DNA of 32,000 bases from Geobacter metallireducens GS-15 (GTDB lineage: Bacteria > Desulfobacterota > Desulfuromonadia > Geobacterales > Geobacteraceae): the NCBI RefSeq assembly GCF_000012925.1, contig NC_007517.1:330001-362000 (forward strand), read 5' to 3'. A program made the position numbers and the translations under genes. Numbering within the stretch: position 1 is the first letter of the stretch; every line of letters begins with the position of its first letter. The notes beneath the pieces were generated by a model. The model did no database searches and had not been told where the DNA came from. It worked only from the letters and a program-made list of their open reading frames with translations. Positions 24,893 through 32,000 of this stretch are shown here, piece by piece.

Positions 24893-25630
24893 GTCCACAA
24901 AGAAAATAGGGGACGGGCTAGTTTTTCCACATGCCTTCATCCCCTCAGCGATTCTTTCCTCGAAAAGTAGCCTGTCCCTTTTTTTCTTTCCCGTGGCCCC
25001 CTTAAATCCAGTGCTTTGTGTACTTTGAATAGTTGTATTCGTCGATTCTCTTGAGAAGTGGACGATCGTCGCAGTGCGGAACAAATTTTCGAACTCTTTC
25101 CGAGAGTATTTTATCTTTTCACAGAATTTCAGGTATTTGATGTGAGAATCACCGTCAATGTAAAAACAATTATACTTCCACGCAATGTTGGAATCCCATA
25201 TTGGAAGAAATGCCGGTGCAAACAAACTCAGCGTCTTTGCTACTGAGACAGGGCTTTTTCGATTGTCATTTAAACGTTTTAACGATGATAAAAAATCATT
25301 AAACAGAGTTGTGAGTAACTCCGAATCAAGTGTGGTGAGGGTCTCTATTCCTCTGTCTCTGAGATTGCTAAGCGAATCAATATTTCGATCAATGGACGCA
25401 ATTACAGCATTTTTATCATAGCGAGCGTAAAATCTGTTCCATCCTCGTATTATTCGACTGACTCCACGCTCCATTTCAGAAGCGTTGCCCCAGTTCTTAT
25501 TGATGACCTCCAACGCATCGAACCATATAGGCCCTCTTCTCTCTCTTTGATTGTAAATCTCATACCCTGAACAGAACTCGTGCCTCTCGGGTATATGAAA
25601 ATCTATCTGATCGTTCAAGGAGTTAGACAT
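24878..25630 (-). CDS. Hypothetical protein (250 aa), low GC, no domain recognised
   Basis: The only long ORF in an AT-rich stretch. It starts 13 nt after the reconstructed stop of the upstream lipoprotein gene. The C-terminal ~60 aa look low-complexity and may not be native. Confidence 0.6.
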   Translation of the reverse strand: MSNSLNDQIDFHIPERHEFCSGYEIYNQRERRGPIWFDALEVINKNWGNASEMERGVSRIIRGWNRFYARYDKNAVIASIDRNIDSLSNLRDRGIETLTTLDSELLTTLFNDFLSSLKRLNDNRKSPVSVAKTLSLFAPAFLPIWDSNIAWKYNCFYIDGDSHIKYLKFCEKIKYSRKEFENLFRTATIVHFSRESTNTTIQSTQSTGFKGATGKKKRDRLLFEERIAEGMKACGKTSPSPIFFVDSGCK

Positions 25631-25643
25631 GGCTTATTTCCCT

Positions 25644-25725
25644 TTATTTTCCTAAGTTGTAGCGGATAAGCTCTTCAACAATTTTGCCATTGTTTGTATA
25701 AACCACGCCTTTGACATAGTATTTA
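25644..25725 (-). pseudogene. Detached 3' end of the lipoprotein gene, displaced by the IS5-family insertion
   Basis: Joining 29194 to 25719 across one TATTTA copy continues the frame as ...SPEVK-YYVKGVVYTNNGKIVEELIRYNLGK-TAA (stop at 25644-25646). Confidence 0.7.
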
Positions 25726-25833
25726 GTCGCCCCTGAAAAAGTATAACATACTGATGTTATTGATATAATTTGCGTTTATTGTGTGGTAAAATCGCCAGCA
25801 ATTGAATCAACACACTCAAAACCTGGTGATTTC

Positions 25834-26510
25834 ATGAAACCAAAAACAAGCGCCACCGGCCAAGAAGATCTGTTTCGTTCCCGACTCGATCAGATCCTCA
25901 ACCGCCGGCATCCCCTGTTCCGCCTGGCCAACACCATCGACTGGACGGTCTTTGACAAGGAGTTTGGTTCCCACTACGTCGCCAAAATCGGTCGACCGGG
26001 ACTGCCGATCCGTTTGCTGGTCGGGCTGCACTACCTCAAGCATGCCTACAATGTGAGCGATGAGACGGTGGTAGCCCAGTTCATCGAAAATGGTTACTGG
26101 CAGTATTTCTGCGGCTTCGAACACTTCCAGCACCAGTTCCCGCTCGATCCGACCACCCTGGTCAAGTGGCGCAAGCGCATCGGACCCAAGGGGATGGAGA
26201 AGTTGCTCCAGGTGACCATCGAGACGGCCAAGGGCAAGGAGTACGTGACCGAAAAAGACCTGGAGCGAGTCAACGTCGACACCACGGTCCAGGAAAAGGC
26301 CATCGCCTTTCCGACCGACGCCCGGCTCTACCACAAGGCCCGGCGTATTCTGGTGCGGCTCGCCAAAAGAGGCGGCATCGAGCTTCGCCAGAGTTACGAG
26401 CGGCTTGGCAAGCGAGCCTTCATCATGCAGGGTCGTTACAGTCACGCCCGGCAGACGAAGCGGGCCAGGCGGGAACAAAAGCGGCTGCGCCTGTACCTTG
26501 GCCGGGTGAT
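25834..26510 (+). pseudogene. IS5-family transposase, N-terminal fragment (DUF772-like)
   Basis: MKPKTSATGQEDLFRSRLDQILN..HPL..LA..IDW..FD...GRPGLPIRLLVGLHYLKH. Homology ends at ...LYLGRVI, exactly at the IS21 end. Confidence 0.85.
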
Positions 26511-26582
26511 TGTCAACGGCAATCGAAAATTGACCCACTTTACCGGTTGATCGGCAATTGAAAAATGACCCACCTTCCTGGG

Positions 26583-28417
<1,835 letters not shown>

Positions 28418-28487
28418 CTAGGTTATCAGGAAGAGTGGGTCAATTTTCAATTTCCGAGGTGGGTCATTTTTACATTGCCGCTAACAG

Positions 28488-29162
28488 GTGATTCGTGACA
28501 TCCAACGCAAATGCGAGGCACCGGCCCCTCTGCTGGCCACCATGCTGGAGCGGGCGAAGCGGATCTTTGGCCAGAAGCGAAACGATAAGAACAAACTCTA
28601 CAGCATGCAGGCCCCGGAAGTGGAATGCATCGCCAAGGGCAAGGCCCACAAGAAATACGAATTCGGCTGCAAGGTATCGCTGGTGAGCACCTCAGAGAAC
28701 AGCTGGATCGTCGGCGTCCAAGCCGTCCATGGCAACCCGTATGACGGGCATACACTGCAAGACGCGCTCGATCAGGCACAGGCCATCAGTGGCTGGCGCC
28801 CCCAGCATGCTTATTGCGACAAAGGCTACAAAGGCGCCCCGGCAACCCTTAACAGCACCGAGATTCATCTGGCCAACAAGAAAAAGAAGAGTATCAAGGC
28901 CAGCGCCTGGAAATGGTACCGGCGGCGCAGCGGCATCGAGCCGATTATCGGCCACGTCAAGCAAGACCACCGGATGGACCGCAACTACCTGAAGGGCGAA
29001 GAAGGCGACAAAATCAACGCCATCCTGGCCGGGTGCGGCTTCAACATCAGGAAGCTCCTCAGAGCTATCCTTTTGTGGCTTTTCAAAGAGCGATTCAGGG
29101 GCATCGATCTGAACCTGATGCCCTTGCTGGAGTGCTTACCCTGCCGGTTTCAGACCAACTGA
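28488..29162 (+). pseudogene. IS5-family transposase, C-terminal fragment (DDE domain)
   Basis: (V)IRDIQRK...AYCDKGYKG...RSGIEPIIGHVKQDHRMDRNYLKGEEGDKINAILAGCGFNIRKLL. In frame with the N-terminal fragment once IS21 and one GGTGAT copy are removed (449 codons in total). Confidence 0.85.
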
Positions 29163-29190
29163 GACCGTTTGGGGACTTTTTCAGGGACGA

Positions 29191-29904
29191 CTATTTAACT
29201 TCCGGGCTGTACCAGAGTTCGCTGATTCTCGCGCCATAGTCGCTTCTGTTCAAAATATAAAAAGCATCAAATTCACCAGCAGGCACTTTGATCCGTCCAT
29301 ATCCTTTAACCTCATGGTGGTTTGAAAGATCAATGTGACCACCTGAGCGGTGCATATCGCCAGTGGCATTCCAACTTTTGCTCAAGAAGAGCGGGAAGTC
29401 GAAAGGGCGTAGGGCTGGATCGTATTCAGTTTCAACACCACCACTACCAAAGACAATCATGAGACCAAGAGACTGGTCATAAAAAGATTCTCTGCCATTA
29501 GCATTAAAAACATTGTAACCTGCGGTTCCATTATAACTCCCGATTTTCTGCACGGTAAGTCGGCTAGTTCCGCCACTGCTTAATGAATACTCCCAAAATT
29601 GCCCAGCCTGCCATTCTGGTCGCGCTGCCTTCTTGTCGGTTGCATCAATGAGTGTATCAAATCTAGGAGTGTCCTTAGCTTCTAATTCCTCTAGTGGGAT
29701 AAGCCCCAATACTTTTTGATTATTTACGCAGTTGTTATAGTTCTTGTAAGCTAAAGGTGCTCCCAACCAGCCCCACCCACTTGATGCACATACAGTTTGT
29801 TGCCACGTGTTGGGATTTACCATTACCTGGCGTGGGTTTGCACATCCGCACAGAATTGTCAAAAGCACACATGCAAGCAAACAACAAAAACTAAGATTCT
29901 TCAT
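29191..29904 (-). CDS. Lipoprotein of unknown function, 3'-truncated by the IS5-family insertion
   Basis: ORF 29191..29997 trimmed to the ATG at 29904 (GGAGG RBS). Lipobox MKNLSFCCLLACVLLTILCGC. The third base of the TAG stop (29191) is the terminal base of the IS, so the present stop was created by the insertion. Low GC. Confidence 0.7.
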   Translation of the reverse strand: MKNLSFCCLLACVLLTILCGCANPRQVMVNPNTWQQTVCASSGWGWLGAPLAYKNYNNCVNNQKVLGLIPLEELEAKDTPRFDTLIDATDKKAARPEWQAGQFWEYSLSSGGTSRLTVQKIGSYNGTAGYNVFNANGRESFYDQSLGLMIVFGSGGVETEYDPALRPFDFPLFLSKSWNATGDMHRSGGHIDLSNHHEVKGYGRIKVPAGEFDAFYILNRSDYGARISELWYSPEVK

Positions 29905-29917
29905 TTGGACCTCCGTT

Positions 29918-31257
29918 AAATTTTGGTTCTTCAGGGAATTCCGGGGAAGATTAATAAACAACAACGGCAGCACTGCGGTATCTTGATGGTTCCCCAACCA
30001 AAAAAGATCGCAGGAGGCTGCCGTTGTCGTATTCCGATGTTATCGCAATTGCGGGAGGGTGGGAAGGATATCGTGTTGCTGGGGCACGCACTATCGTCAC
30101 AAGTGATGCCAAACGGATCGAGGTAGAACTGATTGCCCTGTCCCAGGATGAGATGGTGTGTGGCTCGTGCGGTGGGCGTTGCACAAGCGTCCATGAAACG
30201 ACCAAGCGCGTAATTCGAGATTTGCCGATTCTCGATGCTCAGACTTATCTGATCGTTCACCGCCGCAGGCTGCTGTGCCCTCAGTGTGGGCCAACGCTGG
30301 AGCGTCTGTCATGGCTGGCGAAATACGCCCGCGTGACGCGCAGGCTTGCAGAGAGCGTAGCGCGACTGTGTGGTGTCGTGTCTGTGAAGCACGTGGCGCA
30401 GTATCTGGGGCTTTCTTGGGACCAGGTGAAGGAAATCGACAAGCGCTCACTCACAGAGCGGGTCGGCACCGTCGACCTCTCAAACATCGAAGTTCTCGGG
30501 ATGGATGAGTTCGCCCTTCACAAGGGGCACCGCTATGCGACGGTTATCATCGAGCCATACCGTAAGGAAGTCTTATGGATCGGCAAAGGCAGGAGTCGCG
30601 AGAGTATCCGTCCTTTCTTCACGCAGCTTGGCCCACATGGCTGTAAACGGCTCAAAGCGGTCGTGATGGATATGAACGCATCATATGAGGAGGAAATCAA
30701 GCAGCACTCGCCCCAGGCAGACATAGTCTACGACCTGTTCCATGTGGTGGCGAAGTATGGCAGGGAAGTGATCGACAGGGTGCGAGTCGATGAGGCAAAC
30801 CGCCTGAAGGAAGACAAGAAGGCACGGAAGGTAGTCAAAACATCGCGGTGGTTGCTGCTACGAAACAGCGAGAACGTCAAGGGCGACGACATGCTTCGCC
30901 TCCAGGAACTGTTGGAGGCAAACCGCAGCCTCCTTACGGTCTACCTGCTCAAAGACGATCTGAAGCAACTGTGGAAGTTTACCTGCATTGAAGAGGCGGG
31001 ACTATTCTGGGAGCAGTGGCACCAAAGGGCGATGGAGAGTGGAATACCGCCACTCATCCTGTTTGCCCGCCGGCTAAAGGGCTATCTCCAAGGAATCCTC
31101 AATCACTGCCTCTGGCCCCTTCACACCGGAATCCTCGAAGGCATCAATAACAAGATCAAGGTGATCAAAAGAATGGCCTACGGCTTCCGGGATCACGAAT
31201 ACTTCTTTCTCAAGATCAGGGCCGCTTTCCCCGGAATTCCCGGATGAACCTAAATTT
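29918..31257 (+). mobile_element. ISL3-family insertion sequence (about 1.34 kb)
   Basis: Imperfect inverted repeats of about 31 bp: AAATTTTGGTTCTTCAGGGAATTCCGGGGAA (29918-29948) against the reverse complement of 31227-31257. The core GGGAATTCCGGGGAA is identical. No target duplication was found. Confidence 0.72.
30024..31247 (+). CDS. ISL3-family transposase
   Basis: 407 aa. Zinc-finger-like N-terminus (CGSCGGRC...CPQCG). LGMDEFALHKGHRYATVI. C-terminal NNKIKVIKRMAYGFRDHEYFFLKI. TTG start with AGGAGG 6 nt upstream. Confidence 0.9.
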   Translation: MSYSDVIAIAGGWEGYRVAGARTIVTSDAKRIEVELIALSQDEMVCGSCGGRCTSVHETTKRVIRDLPILDAQTYLIVHRRRLLCPQCGPTLERLSWLAKYARVTRRLAESVARLCGVVSVKHVAQYLGLSWDQVKEIDKRSLTERVGTVDLSNIEVLGMDEFALHKGHRYATVIIEPYRKEVLWIGKGRSRESIRPFFTQLGPHGCKRLKAVVMDMNASYEEEIKQHSPQADIVYDLFHVVAKYGREVIDRVRVDEANRLKEDKKARKVVKTSRWLLLRNSENVKGDDMLRLQELLEANRSLLTVYLLKDDLKQLWKFTCIEEAGLFWEQWHQRAMESGIPPLILFARRLKGYLQGILNHCLWPLHTGILEGINNKIKVIKRMAYGFRDHEYFFLKIRAAFPGIPG

Positions 31258-31522
31258 TTTGCTCAACTACCCATTTTGGATATTTTCGGAGTTGCTCAGC
31301 GACAGAGCGATTAACAGCTATTTCAGCATCCCCCCCCCCGCAGCTATGCAATTCCTGTCTGCGCCTGTTGTATCCAGCAGGCGGCCGGATGTCAAACATT
31401 AAGAGTTTGCCATTCAGGCAAGCGTTCCTGCGCCACCATAAACTCTGTGTCGGCACCCGGCAGCTCCCGCTGGCCGTCCCCCTTCTTCCCCCGCGGCCGG
31501 TGTTCCTTCCGGAACCGGGGCA

Positions 31523-31559
31523 CGTAACGTTTCCCACCCATCCGTTACCGCAAGGTAAC
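31523..31559. promoter_or_regulatory. Putative enhancer (UAS) for sigma54 promoter P4
   Basis: GTTACCGCAAGGTAAC at 31544-31559 has perfect 6-bp arms. A CGTAAC half-site sits at 31523-31528. The centre is 107 bp upstream of the P4 GG. An AT-rich tract at 31598-31645 lies between. Confidence 0.55.
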
Positions 31560-31656
31560 GTCATCCCTGTCCCCCGCTCATCCCTCCCGCAGCGTCTTTC
31601 TTTGATTAGTTTATTACTATCACATGGTTATGTTTTTTTATTTCGGCCGGAACTTT

Positions 31657-31672
31657 TGGTACGTCACTTGCC
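31657..31672 (+). promoter_or_regulatory. Sigma54 (-24/-12) promoter P4
   Basis: TGGTACGTCACTTGCC has correct GG/GC spacing, with the shared flanks CTTTTGGTA and TTGCCATT. Confidence 0.7.
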
Positions 31673-31825
31673 ATTGTGATGTCAGGTTGTTGGTTCATAA
31701 TGTAAGGGACGGCGGGAGTTTTGACGGAAAGGTGCTTTGGGTAGAACAATATTTTATCTCAGCTGTCGGGGCGAGATCCCGTTGTCCCGAAACATGATGA
31801 GACATCGAAGAAAGGGGAGTATCCC

Positions 31826-32000
31826 ATGGGGAATCACGTCTGGCGGCCGCTCTATATCGCCGTGGCCCTGATCGCACTGGTCCTCGTTGCCAGAACGTTC
31901 CTGGTGCCGAAAGACTTCGGCGTCCACGAGCGAGGGTACATGTACGGCTGGCACCGCAAGGGAAATGAGGCCGAGTGGAAGGCCGTGACCGTGAAGTACC
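31826..32000 (+). CDS. 5'-partial CDS: membrane-anchored protein, runs off the window
   Basis: My own translation from the ATG at 31826 (AAAGGGGAG RBS) gives MGNHVWRPLYIAVALIALVLVARTFLVPKDFGVHERGYMYGWHRKGNEAEWKAVTVKY with no stop. It has an N-terminal TM helix. It is absent from the ORF track because it is open-ended. Confidence 0.6.
   Translation, partial: MGNHVWRPLYIAVALIALVLVARTFLVPKDFGVHERGYMYGWHRKGNEAEWKAVTVKY

Noticed and set aside
25816-26538. 240-aa minus-strand ORF inside the IS5 transposase fragment
   Set aside because: It is antisense to a clear DUF772/IS5 transposase N-terminus.
31250-31564. 104-aa minus-strand ORF, plus a 49-aa ORF in another frame (MGGKRYVPRFRKEHRPRGKKGDGQRELPGADTEFMVAQERLPEWQTLNV)
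   Set aside because: They overlap the UAS of P4, are Arg/Gly-rich, and have no RBS or recognisable similarity. They are kept in mind only as a possible gene remnant next to the ISL3 end.
31683-31825. GEMM-type cyclic-dinucleotide riboswitch in the P4 leader
   Set aside because: Such riboswitches are common upstream of membrane/redox genes in this lineage. However, the GGCAAACC and GGGACGCAAAGCC-type cores are absent. Only a generic GGGACGG string is present.

Overview
This is a high-GC window that looks like a Geobacteraceae/Desulfuromonadales chromosome; that assignment is inferred from gene content only.

**Layout**
- **1-9.6 kb: nitrite ammonification and molybdenum cofactor block.** It holds nrfH-nrfA on the minus strand and a divergent second nrfA paralog with its own terminator. 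These are followed by a NapH-like membrane polyferredoxin, a PAS-only protein, an HPP-family membrane protein, a fused mobA-mobB, moaA and a MOSC protein. The block ends with a small Cys/His-rich ORF and a hypothetical protein.
- **9.6-12.4 kb:** PEP carboxylase on the minus strand.
- **12.7-21.2 kb: one plus-strand operon.** It encodes a two-subunit ATP-citrate-lyase-like enzyme (the large subunit is 909 aa), a CBS-pair protein, and a non-canonical fumarate reductase/succinate dehydrogenase (flavoprotein, extended FeS subunit, HdrB-like CCG subunit, no membrane anchor).
- **21.2-31.3 kb: accessory patchwork with lower or mixed GC.**
  - an orphan zeta-toxin-like P-loop kinase and a DnaA-box cluster
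  - ligD and DUF72 pseudogene scars
  - two type II toxin-antitoxin (TA) pairs, one with a frameshifted toxin
  - a low-GC lipoprotein/hypothetical two-gene unit hit by three IS elements: IS21 nested inside an IS5-family element inserted in the lipoprotein 3' end, and ISL3 in its promoter
- **31.5-32 kb:** core sequence resumes with a 5'-partial membrane protein gene.

**Main result**
Four plus-strand sigma54-type (-24/-12) promoters each have a GTTACC-N4-GGTAAC-type palindrome centred 104-107 bp upstream, plus an extra half-site about 20 bp further up. They drive the small Cys-rich ORF, the ACL-like/fumarate reductase operon, the zeta-like kinase and the partial membrane protein. This points to one unassigned enhancer-binding-protein regulon. 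No activator gene is present in the window.

**Second regulatory signal**
Two TTGAC-N4-GTCAA CRP/FNR-type boxes lie upstream of nrfA2 and upstream of the PAS-HPP-Moco gene string.

No rRNA, tRNA or CRISPR array was seen.
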